DNA of 64,000 nt from Eutreptiella sp. 'Long Island Sound 2002'. Lineage: Eukaryota; Protista; Euglenida. Below the pieces are notes generated by a model. It was not told where the DNA came from. It worked only from the letters and a program-made list of their open reading frames with translations, and searched no databases. Both the position numbers and the translations under genes were made by a program. The DNA lies in NCBI GenBank assembly GCA_964036045.1, contig OZ038378.1, positions 54,684,001 through 54,748,000 on the forward strand, written 5' to 3'. This document shows positions 48,550-60,830 of this stretch, piece by piece (the first letter of the stretch is position 1; each line of letters begins with the position of its first letter).

Positions 48550-49190
48550 TCCCTGACATAATGGGGTTGACCCCACGCGTCGATTGTTTGGGGGGTCTAA
48601 ACCCCTCAAGGAATCAACGCACTGCTTTACACCTAGACGCTGGACACTTCAAATAATCACGCATGCCCATATACCGCTGGTACACGCGAGAGACTACATT
48701 CGTCCATTCCTTGGGGGGTCTGGACTCTTCGATCAATCAACGCATGGCCTTATACCCCATGTAGAGGGTGTGTAGACCCGATGTGTGGCTTGTTTGGAAG
48801 GACTAGATCCTTGGAATAATTTATGCATGGCCTTAGACCCCTTGTACGGGGAGTGGCCCCCATGCATTGAATCTTCGGAGCGTCTACACCCACCAAATAA
48901 TCAAGGCATGGGAACCACACCCCATGCACTCAAAGTGTGGAGGGTCTAAGCACTTCAAACCATCAACTTGTCGTCTTCCGCCTCTTGTAGAGGGGAGTAC
49001 ACCCGTGCGTTGATTGCTTGGGTCGTTTGACCCGGAAAGAATCAACACATAGCCTTATACCCCTTGTACAGTGGAGTCGACCCCACGAGTTGATTGTGCG
49101 GAGGCTGTACACACTTAAATTAATCAATCCTTTGCCTTATACCCGTTGTAGTGTGGGGCAGACCCCACGTCTTGATTCCTTAAAACATCA
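48550..49190 (+). repeat. Satellite C array (left arm)
   Basis: Loop reads CATGG-CCTTATACCCCTTGTAGAGGGGAGTAGACC-CCATG. Confidence 0.88.
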
Positions 49191-49779
49191 CAAAACGGCG
49201 AGTTAAAACATCGAATGCGAGCATGATGGCACCAACTTACGCGCAAAACACAGCAAAAAGATGAAAAGTGGTGTCTCCATGAATTGCCTATTCAAATGTT
49301 CGCTTCATGAAATGGGACCCTCTCATGAGGGAGATTCCGCTCACACCCCTACACAAGCGACACAAAGCACACTAGACCCCAATGAGTGGTAAACCCCTGC
49401 GCATAAACGCGCATCACATCAACATACATCCGGCTGAAATCACACGCAAACAGAGGTTACCAAATGGCCGTACACAGCTTGCCCTCATCACCCATCCAAA
49501 GGGCATGGGAAGCCAACCCACGCCGACACAACCGTCTGGTGGACAACGTACCCCATGACCACACGACTACATACACGTAGCGATACCACAAGCGCACTAA
49601 CGCTCACAATAGCAAGGATCAAGCGACAACAAAGACCACGGGGGACCAATGTGGAACCGTTCACGAGGTGAATGCAATATGTAGTAGACACGGGCACTCC
49701 CGAAATTTATACTTCGATGAACGGGCCGGATGGGCCTTGGCATAGTCTTGTTTGGCCCATTTGATTCAAAGAAATGATT

Positions 49780-50610
49780 ACTAGAACGGTCTAGACCGTC
49801 CAAAAAAGGAACGCATGGCGTCTACTCCCCTATAGCAGGGGTATGACGCCAGACATTGATGATTTGAAGTGTCTGGACCCTCCAAGCGATGAATGCATGG
49901 GTTGTTCCCCTCCCTACAAGGGGTGTAAGGGCATGCATTGGGTATTTGAAGAGTGTGGACCCTTCAGGGAAACAACATGCGGTCTACTCTCGTGTACAAG
50001 GGGTGTAAGGCCATGCGGCGATTATTTGAAGGGTCTACACCCTCGAAGGAATCAACACATGCGGCCTACTCCTCTGTGCAAGGAGTATAAGGCCGTGCAT
50101 GTAGTATTTCAATCGTATGGACATTCCCAACAATCAACGCATGGGGTCTACTCGCCTGTATAATCGGTACAAGGCCATGCACTGATTGTTTCCACGGTAT
50201 GGAACCTCCAAACTATCAATGCATGGGGTCTATTGCCCTCTACGAGGGGTATAAGGGCATGTGTCGATTGTTTGAAGGGCCTAGACGATTCAACGGTTGG
50301 CGCAAGGGGTCTACTCCCCTCTGCAAGCGGCATAAGGCCAAGTGTTCATTGGTTGAAGGCTGTGAACTCTCCAAGGAATCAATGCATGGCGCCTACTCCC
50401 CTCTACATTCGGTATAAGGTCATGCACTTATCATTTGAAGGGTCCAAACAACCCAAACAATCAACGCATGGTGACTACTCCATTGTACAACGGGTACAAG
50501 GCCATGCGCGGTTTATTTGAAGGGTCTATAGCCTCCATACCAAACGTGTGGGGTCCAACTCATTGTGCAGGGGGTATAAGGCCACGGCTCGATTGTTTGA
50601 AGAGTCCAGC
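49780..50610 (-). repeat. Satellite C array (right arm, reversed)
   Basis: Loop reads CATGG-GGTCTACTCCCCTCTACAAGGGGTATAAGG-CCATG, the reverse complement of the left-arm loop. Confidence 0.88.
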
Positions 50611-53164
50611 TCTTCCATACCATCATGGTCCGACTGTTCGATATCCCACTAGGTGACGTTAGCTTATGTTGGGTAGTAAAATGTTGAATGCTTTGTGGCC
50701 TTCCCTTGTAGAGCGATGGTGTAAGGCCACTTGAAGGAGAGTACGTTGAGAACAAAATTACATATTAGGAAGAATGTGTAAAGTAAAGAACAACACACAA
50801 GGTCGAAGTCGCTGTGAATGCTATGAAATTCACGTAGAATTCGCTCCTAAGTCACGCCTATGAAATTTGTACGAAGTTCGTACGACATTCGTATGAACTT
50901 AGGACGAATTTGGTACAAATTGCGTACAAATTTGTACTACTTTGTATTGTTTCCCTCTTGTTGTCTACGGGGTAGTCGCACGTCACCCCAATGGTGGGGG
51001 GGGGGGGGGCGGGGAAGGAGTCGAGTGCGAAAGGCGGCGCTCACTGAAAATTAAAGGGGGGGGGCACCCGATGCTCTACAGCTCCGTTGTAGTGCATTGG
51101 TGCAGTATGCGGGGTGGGTCTTGTGAGGGATATGAGTCTTGGGGTTGATCGTGGAATAAAAAGGGGCAATGCCCAATTCCTTCCACCACAAGGGGTCGGA
51201 AAGTGGCCCGCAAAAGGAGGAAAAAGGAACGATTAGGTCGCGAGCGGCTGCTACTCAGATTCTAAAGAGGCACCACGTCGCAATTGGGGGGGGGGGGGTA
51301 TGCACTAGGTTAGTGGTGAGGTAGACGTGGACCTGTGCGTTGTTGGTCTTCCCCAGGGAACCGGTACCTAGCCCCCTCAACGGCTGGTCCACGATGCAGG
51401 GGGAGGATAGAAGGTGGAAACGCGGTATTGGAGTTCCCTCCACAATTCCATGGACCACTCCTTCCCACCACAGCATAACTTGCGGGTGACTTCGCAAATT
51501 CGCACAAAAATATGAATGACATGGGAGGTAGGGTCCAAGGATGCTGCTCAGCCTGCGACTAGCTCCACAAGCACGACGTTTGAGTCATAGGTGGCCTCCT
51601 TCATATGGTGGTGGGGCATGGGCAAGCTTTGGTACACCACGAGTGTGTCAATGGAGGGGTGTACGCGGAATTGGGGGCTAGCCAGTTGGAGACACTGTCG
51701 AGAAAAAAAGCGAGAAACAATCACAGCTGAGCCAAACAATATTAGCCCATGGTTGCCCCCAATCAAATTTCTTGATGGGAATGGCTTACACGGTGCTTCG
51801 GGATGGGAGGTGGAGGCGAAAGATTGTGAGATCGGGCGGGGCAAGGTCGGCAAGGCCTGGGGGAACGGGGATGAGAGGGTGGTGGCGAAAGAAATTGAGG
51901 GTCTATTCAACATCGGCGCGTCGGAGGAATATGCGAAGGAAACCTCGCTCCGCCTACATTGGTAGACCACGGGGGTGCTGCGGGGGGGGAGGGGGGGCAG
52001 AGCGGGCTTTTGAAGAAGTGTAACCCCCCCCGCCGGTGCAGAGTGGCCCCGCGGTCAAACACCTTCCTTGATTACGCCGGGGAGTGGCATCGTGGCCAGT
52101 GTCGGCACTGGGCCCCAGCCCCCCTACACTGACTTTGCCACGCATCTCGAGGTGCCCCCCCCTTTCGGTAGGAGAGATGCCGAGATGCCACTTCAGCGGT
52201 TCCGTGTGTCTTGCAGAGGTCTACCACGTGCGGGTGCAGGCAGGGACGGCCCTGGGGGAGGCGGGGGAGCTGCAATGGGACGCTAGTGAGCTACACAGGG
52301 GGGTCATCCTACTAAATGGTGGCCATAGGCAAGCACCATGGGCTATCTGGGCGCGAGGGGGCGAGGGATGGGCTCTAGGGGGCTCTTTTTGAACTCTCCA
52401 GCCTCACCCCAAGCATTGCCACCATCAACCAAACACCACCCACCTCAACTCCTCCCCTTTGTGCATTGGACGTCGGTGGGCAACGAGCGAGCTAGCACTG
52501 CTCCAACGTGGCCCAACTCGGATGAGGGCGACTAGAAGGGTTACGGACGCGCCGGGGGTGCCCTCGGTGCCCCCTCCCCCCCCACGCATGCCCCTACCAC
52601 CCCACCTTCCACTCCCGGTCCGCCCCTGCCGAAACCCTGGTCATGCATAGAGCGGGGGGGAGCACTCCATCGTGTTCTTCTTCAGCGTCGTGCACCAGCT
52701 GGAAGTGGTCAAGCAGCCAAGCGTGGTACGGTGGACAACGTGACAACCATCAACTTTGCCATCTCCAGCGTCGCCCCCCCCCCCCCCCCGCGTTTGCCAT
52801 ACCACCTTGTGGAATTTGGTGATCACGGCCCCAGCATGGCACATGATCAACCTTCTGGTCAAGGATAGCTCGCACCAAAGTTTCTAGAGACTCACAGCTC
52901 TGCAAATGGGCCCCCGGTGAAATGCAAATCTATCCATCCTTGTTTGCTCCCAAAACCCTGTCACGGTGGATGCTAAGAATGTACAATCCCTTGATCCCGT
53001 ACACTCAATGGGGTGATGGGCCGGCAATGAATTGCAACACAGCTTCCTGTTCTTCATCAATAACGGAGCCAGCGGGTTCAATCTCATGCATCCCCTCCCA
53101 CATGTGCTGGATGGCTTGCGTTGATGGGCTTGCCAGCACCTCGCTTCCATAATTCAAAGCGCGA

Positions 53165-53660
53165 CAGACAGGTCTAGCTTGCCCCGCCCGTTGCTTTTCC
53201 TCATTACAGCCTGCTTGTTCTGCTCGTTGCTTGCCCCCCTTAGGGCTAAGGTACCCTTCCGGCTGCTTGTCCTCCGTCGACGGCAGACCACCCCCCGCTT
53301 ACCCCGACCTTTGCTTGTCTTCCTTGAAGCCTGCTTACTCTGCCCCCTACTCGTCCTCCTTTGACGCCACAACACCATCCGCTTGCCCCGCCCTTTGCTT
53401 GTCTTCCTTGTAGCCTGCTTGCTCCGCCAGCTGCTAGTCCTCCTTCGACGCCACAACACGACCCGCTTCAGCCCTGCGTTTGTCTTCCTTGGAGCCTGCT
53501 TGGCCTATAGCTACTTATTCGCCTTTGATGCCAAAACACCACCCACTTGCCCTGCATTTTGCTTGTCCTCCTTGGAACTTGCTTGCCCCGCCCGCTGCTT
53601 GTTCTCGTTCAATGCGACAACACCACCGGCTTCACTTGCTCGCTGCTTCTTTTGTGTGCC
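53165..53660. repeat. Satellite E, 84-bp monomer (about 6 copies)
   Basis: TTGCTTGTCTTCCTTG at 53311 and 53395; 28-aa periodicity in minus-strand ORF 53154-53459. Confidence 0.88.
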
Positions 53661-54339
53661 TTTTCATGCTTGTCAAACAGGGCAAACAAATCCTGGACTC
53701 TTCAACATGCTATAGGAATGATCAAAGTCGGTGGTGCAGCCACTTCGTTGCCACCGGATTACACGGCAGCCGGTGATAAAAGACTGATCGGTGTGCGCAG
53801 CATTGTCAAGAACCACACCCATCAAAGGACATCTGTGTTTTGCCACAAGTTGGTTGCACTCCAAACCATTGATTGTAGGGCGACCATCCTTGGCTCTTGC
53901 TGGATCCTTGGCTTTTGCCTTTTCCCCTAAGGGTTTTGGTTGCAAAAATGGTGAACAGCTATGCTTCCTTGCACCAAAATTTTTAATATTATGAAATGGT
54001 ACATCTTTACTGGCACCGCAAGCTTCACAAGTCGTCCAACACATGATGGGCCTTAGCCCGCATTTCTTTATCGTCTTGATCTACCAACTTCCACCCCCAA
54101 CGATGAGCTGCATCATGGCAACCTTGTCAAGAAAGTGAGGGCGTAGACATGACTTTAGAGTTGTCGTTCAAGACATACAATACCACGACTATGGACAACA
54201 AAATAAAAAAGGCAAGTATGTGGAAGATGGCACACAACAACAAGCTACAACATCCCCAGTATTTGAAATGGCTAAACCCGACAAAATATGGCGTACAAAA
54301 TATGGTTACGGTAACCAGGTTTGAAAATTGCCCTGTGAC

Positions 54340-54890
54340 AAGGCTAAGGTAAAGCACAATTGCCACACCCCATGTGATGGGCCATGCTTGCAATGAATTC
54401 TTAAGATCCCATCCGAAAGGGGCCAATGTAAAGCACACTGACTTGCCACATGCAAAGGGAGAGGCAACACATCAATGACCGGTGAGCGAAGTCCGGAAGG
54501 TAAAGCACAGTTGCCACATGCAAATGGAGAGACCACACATGCAACCATCAATGAACATCCCACTAGGACGTGGCTAAGATAAAGCACACTTTCCACACAC
54601 AATACCATAAGCCATGCTTGCAATGGATTCTTCACATGACATGTCAAAGTGGCAAAGGTAAAGCACAATTGCCAGATGCAAGGCCAAAGGTCACACGTGC
54701 AACCCTTCATTAACATCGCATTAGGACGTGCCCAAGGCAAAGTACACTTGCCACACACAATGTGATGACCTGTGCTGCCAATGAATCTTGGACACGACAT
54801 CTCAAAACGGCTAAAGTAAAGCACAATTGCCACATGCAAAGCAAGAGGCCACACATGCACCCAATTGTAAACATTTTAAAACCACGAAGT
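54340..54890. repeat. Satellite F, about 79-bp monomer with two alternating variants
   Basis: TAAAGCACA anchors at about 54350, 54429, 54501, 54580, 54660, 54738 and 54817. Confidence 0.85.
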
Positions 54891-54899
54891 GCCACTTGG

Positions 54900-57800
54900 T
54901 GTATCCGGCTTGTTGCATGGAAATCTTCCAACACGGTTCACAAATTGTTGATTTTCACCTAAAAATCAGTTCAAAAACCGCTCATTTTCACCTCAAAATG
55001 CACCACCGAATGGCACCACAGTGCGCAACATGGCTTATTGATCACCCATTTGCATAGGTTTGATGTCCCGATCGCTGTGCTGGCAGAATGGTCCTCATGA
55101 AAAATGCCCACTCGACACACTACCGATCGTCGTGAATTTTCATGACCATCACCCCGAAAAAAAGCTGAGAAAAGGCCAATTTTGGACAGTAAATCAGCCA
55201 TAGAACACGCTAGACGGCTCAGAATGCCACGGAATTTGTTGCGGGTGATGTGCATTATTTGCTCTGCAATCTACTTGGATACCGGGTTGGAGCCTCCATG
55301 CTCTCGAAAACAATGGGTGTCTCTTGCTATCTGAATGAAAATCTTCCAAAAAATCTCAAAAAAAATTGATGAATTTCACCTCAAAATTGGTTCAAAAATC
55401 GCTCATTTTCACCTCAAAGGGACCACTGCAGTGCACCAAAGTGTGCAACACGCCTTATTGAACACCGATTTGCATCACTTTGATGATCTGGTCGCCGTGG
55501 AAGAAGAATAGTCCTCATGATAATTGTGCACTTGACGGAGCGCAATCGTCCTAGAAGCTGCCCAAAAATGGCGATTTTAGACATTAAATCGGCCATAGAA
55601 CGGGCGAGACGGATCAACGTGCCACAACACTTGTTGCCCGTGATGCGCATTTGCTCTGCGGTGGTTTTGAGCCTCTTGGATACCGCTTTGGAGGCACAAT
55701 GCCCTCAAAAAGAGTTTTCTTGCGCCTAGTTGCTGCTTGCTACTGCCGCCTGCTGCTGGCCTGTGCTAAAACGTGTTGCTCACCTTGGGCCCTAAGAAGG
55801 GGTCAAAAGGGTAAACCTAGCTCGGTAAACAAGACTTTTTCTAGCACCGAGCTCAAAAGTAGATAGCACTGCTCCATTTGAGATTCTGGATCGAGACACT
55901 CGCGATTGTCGTGAAATATTAGGACGATCGCCCTAAAAAATTCATCAAAACAGGCTAAAAAAAGCCATTTTTGGACACTAAATCTGCCAAAGAACGGGCT
56001 AGACGGCTCCAGAAAGCACACTATTTGTTTGTGGTGATCCTCATTTGCTGCCTATTCGCTTCAAGATGCTAGGATGCCACCTTTGAGTGACAGTGACGAT
56101 CAGCCTGAATTTTCACGAAGATTGTCTAGAAGACTGCCTAAAAACACGCTCAAAATGGCCATTTTCGACAATACAATAGGCCATAGAATGGGCCAAACGG
56201 CTCGAAAAGGCACAATAGTTGCTTCTCTTTATGCGCATTTGCTCTGCGGTCGTTTTGAGCTACTTACATGCAGGTTTCGACAAACGGTGTCCACAGCAGG
56301 ACTTGTTTCGCGCGTGCTTGCTGCCGCTAAAATGTGATGGTCATCCTAATACCCTGAGTAGGGTTGTAAAACCCCGACGGGGTAAAGGGAGCTGTGTAAT
56401 CAAGACGCAAACTAGAACGGAGCTGCATCCTAGTCTTGTGTAACGCATTGGAAATCACCGGGCAGTAAAGATTGCTTGCTTTGGAGATGTGCCTCCACAC
56501 TGAGGACGATTGTCCTTAAAAATAGCTGAAAAATGGCTCATTTTTACCTCAAAATGGACCACCGCGTGGCACCACGGCATGGTACGTGCCTTATTGAACA
56601 CCCGTTTACCATCATTGGATAGCCCAATCGCTATGAAAGAACAACGGCCCTCATTGAAAACACCTACTCGGCACAACGGCGATCGTCCTGACTTTTCACG
56701 ACGATCGTCCTGAAAATAGCCCAAAAGCGGCCATTTCTGGACACTAAATCACCCATAGAACAAGCTAAAGGGCTTGAAACAGCACAAAACTTGTTTGTGG
56801 TGATGCGCATTTGCTCCCCGGTCGTTTTGAGCTAGTCATATGCCGGTTGTGAGCCACGGTGTGGTCCCAAGGACTTTTGCACCGCATGTTGCTTGCTGCC
56901 GATGCTTCTTGATGACCGGGGAGCAAACACGCATCACCACAAACAAGTTTCGTTGCATTTTGAGGCGAAGAGCCCGTTCTACAGCTGATTTAGTGTCCAA
57001 GTGAGGGCCGTTGTTCTTCCATAGCGATTGGGCTATCACATGATGGCAAATGGGTGTCTGATAAGGCATGTACCTTGCCGTGGTGCCACACCGTGGTCCA
57101 TTTTGAGGTGAGAATTAGCCGTGTTTGAGCCGTTTTTTAGGACGATCGGCAAATCCCCAAAGCAAGCAATGTTTCCTCCACGCTGATTTCCGATGAGTTA
57201 CACAAGACTAGGACCCAGCTCGGTCCTTGGTGTGAGTCTTGATTACCGAGCCGGGTTTACCCTGTCGAGGCTTTACACCCCTTTTTAGGGTCCAAGGATG
57301 AGCAACACATTTTAGCCAGTAGCAGGCAACATTTGGAGCTACTTGGATGCAGGTTTTGAGCCACAGTACCCTCACAAGGACTTTTGGACCGCCTGTTGCT
57401 TGCTGCCGATGCTTCTTGATGTTGCCTGCTACTGGCTAAAATGTGTTGCTCATCCTTGGACCCTAAAAAGGGGTGTAAAGCCTCGACAGGGTAAACCCGG
57501 CTCGGTAATCAAGACTCACAGCTCGGATTGAGCTGCGTCCTAGTCTTGTTCAACTCATCGGAAATCAGCGTGGAGGAAACATTGCTTGCTTTGGAGATTT
57601 GCCTTTACGGTAGGCACCATCGTCCTAAAAAAAGGCTCAGAAACGGCTCATTTTGGCCTCAAAATGGACCACGGTGTGGCACCACGGCAAGGTACATGCC
57701 TTATCCAACACCCATTTGCCATCATTTGATAGCCCAATCGCTATGGAAGAACAACGGCCCTCAATTGGACACTAAATCGGCCGTATAACGGGCTCTTCGG

Positions 57801-60800
57801 CTGAAAATGCAACGAAACTTGTTTGTGGTGATGCGTGTTTGCTCCCCGGTCATTTGGAGCTACTTGGATGCGGGTTTTGGAGCCATGGTAAACTCACAAG
57901 GACTTTTGGACCGCCTGCTGCTATTGCTGCTGCTTGCTAGAACGTGTTGCTCACCCTTCGACCCTAAGAAGGGGTGCAAAACCTCGATAGGAATAACCCA
58001 CCTCGGAAATAAAGACTTTCAGTAGGAGCGAGCTGGGTGTGGGATGTTATTGCTGCATTTGAGACACTTGATTGACACACTGGTGATGGTACGGAACATT
58101 TAGGACGACCGTCTTGAAAACAGCCTCAAAACAAGCTGAAAATGGACATTTTAGGCGACTAAATCGGCCTTAGAACGGGCTAGACGGCTCGCAATAGCAC
58201 AAAGTTTGCTTCTCTTGATGCTCATTTGCTCTGCAGTCGTTTTGAGCTACTTGCATGCCGGTTTTGAGACACCAAGTCCACAAAAAGACTTTTTCACCGT
58301 CCGCTTGCTTTCGATGCGTGCTGCTGCTAAAATGTGTTGCTCATCCTTGGACCCTAAGTAGGGTTGTAAAACCTCGAGAGGTTATACCCAGCTCGGTAAT
58401 CAAGACTCGAACTAGGACCGAGCTGGGACCTAGTTTTGCTGACCGCATGGGAAATCACCGTGGAAGAAGGACCGCTTGCCTCGCAGATGTGCTTCAACAG
58501 TGAGGACGATTTCGCCGAATCGCGGCTCAAAAACGGCTCATTTTCACCTCAAAATGGACCACCGTGTGGCACCACGGCATGGTACATGCCTTATTGCACA
58601 TCGATTTGCATTGCTTTGCCACCCCAATCGCTATGGAAGAACACCGGCCCTCACTGGAAACGCCCACTTGACACACCCGCGATCGTCCTGAATGTCAGGA
58701 CGATCGTGCTGAAAAGAGCCCAAAAACGGCCATTTTTGGAAACTAAATCAGCCGTAGAACGGGCTAGACGGCTCGAAACGGCACGAAATCTGTTTCTAGT
58801 GATGGGTGTTTGCTCCCCGGTCGTTTTGAGTTACTTGGATGCCGGTGGTCGCAGGAATTTTTAACCGCCTGCATGCTCTTGATGCTGCTGCTTGCTGCTG
58901 CTTGCTGCTGCTGCTAAAACGTGTTGCCCACCCTTGGACCCGAAAAAGTGGTGTAAAACCTCGAAAGGGTAAAGCCAGCTCGGTAATCAAGACTAACGAC
59001 TAGGACTGAGCTGGGTCCTAGTCTTGTGTAACGTATTGCAAATCACCGTGGAGGAAACACTGCCCGCCTTGGAGATGTGCCTACGCGGTAAGGACAATTG
59101 TCCTAAAAAAAGAGCTCAAAAACGGCTCATTTTCACCTCAAAATGGACCACGGTGTGGCACCACGGCATGGTACATACCTTACTGAACACCCATTTGCCA
59201 TCAGTCGATAGCCCAATCGCTATGAAAGAACAACGGCCTTCATCCGAAACACCTACTTGAAGCAGCGGCTTTCGGGATGATTGTCCCCAAAACAGCCCAA
59301 AGCGGCCATTTTGGGACACTAAATCGGCCATAGAATAAGGTAGACGGCTCGACACGGCACGAAACCTGTTTGCGGTGATGCACATTGGCTCCCAGGTCGT
59401 TTTGAGCTACTTGGGTGACGGTTTTGAGCCACGGTGTCGTCGCAAGGACTTTTTAACTGCCTCCTTGCTTGCTTGCTGCTGCTGCTGCTGCTTGCTGCTG
59501 CTAAAATGTGTAGCTCATCCTTGGACCCTGAAAGGTGGTGTAAACCCTCGACAGGGTAAACCCAGCTCGGCAATCAAGACCCACGACTAGGACCGAGCTG
59601 GGTCCTAGTCGTCGGTCCTAGTTAACGCATTGGAAATCACCGTGGAGCAAAGCCCGCTTGCTTTGCAACTGTTCCTCCACAGTCAGGACAATCGTCCTAA
59701 AACATGGCTCAAAAACGGCTTGTTTTCACCTCAAAATCGCCCACCCCGTGGCACCACGGCATGGCACACACCTTATTCCCCACCCATTTGCGTTCCTTTG
59801 ATGGCCCAATCGCTGTGCAAGAACAACGGCCCTCATTAGAAACACGTACCGGCAGACCAACGATCGTCCTCAGTTGTCAGGACGATCGTCCTATAAACAG
59901 CCCAAAAAAGGCCATTTTTGGACACTAAATCCGCCATAGAACGGGCTAGACGGCTCGAACGGCACAAAAACGTGTTTGTGGTGATGTGTGTTTGCTCCTC
60001 GGTCGTTTTGAGCTACTTGGATGCCGGTTTTGAGCCACGTTGTTGTCGCAAGGACTTTTGAACCGCGTGCTGCTGCTGCTGCTTGCTTGCTTGCTGCTTG
60101 CTAAAATGTGTTGCTCACCCTTGGACCCTATCAAGACTCGAACTAGGACCGAGCTGGCTCCTAGTTTTGCGTAACGCATTGGAAATCACCGTTGAGGAAA
60201 GACTGCTTGCTTTCGAGATGTGCCTCCACGGTCGGGACGATCGTCCTGAGACACGGCTCAAAGACGGCTTGTTTTCACCTCAAAATGGACCACCGCGTGG
60301 CACCACGGCGTGGTACACGCCCTATTGAACACCCATTTGCCATCCTTTGATAGCCCAATCGCCATGAAAGAACAACGGCCCTCATCGGAAACACCTGCTT
60401 GGCGTAGCGGCGATCGTCGTGAACTTTCAGGACGATCGTCCTGAAAACAGCCGAAAACAGCCTAAAAACGGCCATTTTTGGACACTAAATCGGCCATAGA
60501 ACGGGCTAGACGGCTCTAAATGCAACGAAACTTGTTTGTGGTGATGCGCCTTTGCTCCCCGGTCGTTTTGAGCTACTTGGATGCCGGTTTTGAGGCGCGG
60601 TGTGGTCGCAAGGACTTTTCAAGTGCCTGCTGCTTGCTTGCTTGCTTGCTGCTGCTCTTGCTTGCTAAAACGTGTAGCTCAGCCTTGGACCCTAAAAGGT
60701 GGTGTAAAACCTCGACAGGGTAAACCCAGCTCGGTAAACAGGTGGTGTAAAAGCTCGACACTGTAAACCCAGCTCGGTAATCAAGACTCGAACTAGGGCG

Positions 60801-60830
60801 CAGCTCGGTCCTAGTCTTGCACAACGCATA
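54900..60830 (+). repeat. Satellite G, about 590-bp monomer, about 10 full or partial copies, with an internal (GCT/GCTT)n tract and one inverted segment
   Basis: TTTTCACCTCAAAATGGACC at about 58541, 59131, 59724 and 60272; inverted block at 56912-57332. Confidence 0.95.

Larger units (their letters stand above)
48210..50945. mobile_element. Foldback-like element with long modular inverted arms (TTCGTACGAA-rich termini plus inverted satellite C arrays)
   Basis: 48213-48347 aligns with the reverse complement of 50800-50935 (C.CATTTGTACG.AATT.GTAC.AAATTCGT; AACTTCGTACAAA.TTCA; GTGAATTT...TC.CAG.GA.TTCGACC); GCGTCACCTACTGG (about 48363) pairs with CCACTAGGTGACGT (about 50646); satellite C at 48550-49190 and 49780-50610 in opposite orientations; no TSD found. 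Confidence 0.65.

Noticed and set aside
52190-52250. LHPHVVDL as protein kinase subdomain IV
   Set aside because: No HRD, DFG or glycine-rich loop nearby.
53673-54044. VVLDNAAH, resembling the Tc1/IS630 second-D motif
   Set aside because: Only a weak YS..L..P follows and no first-D motif was found; too little to call.
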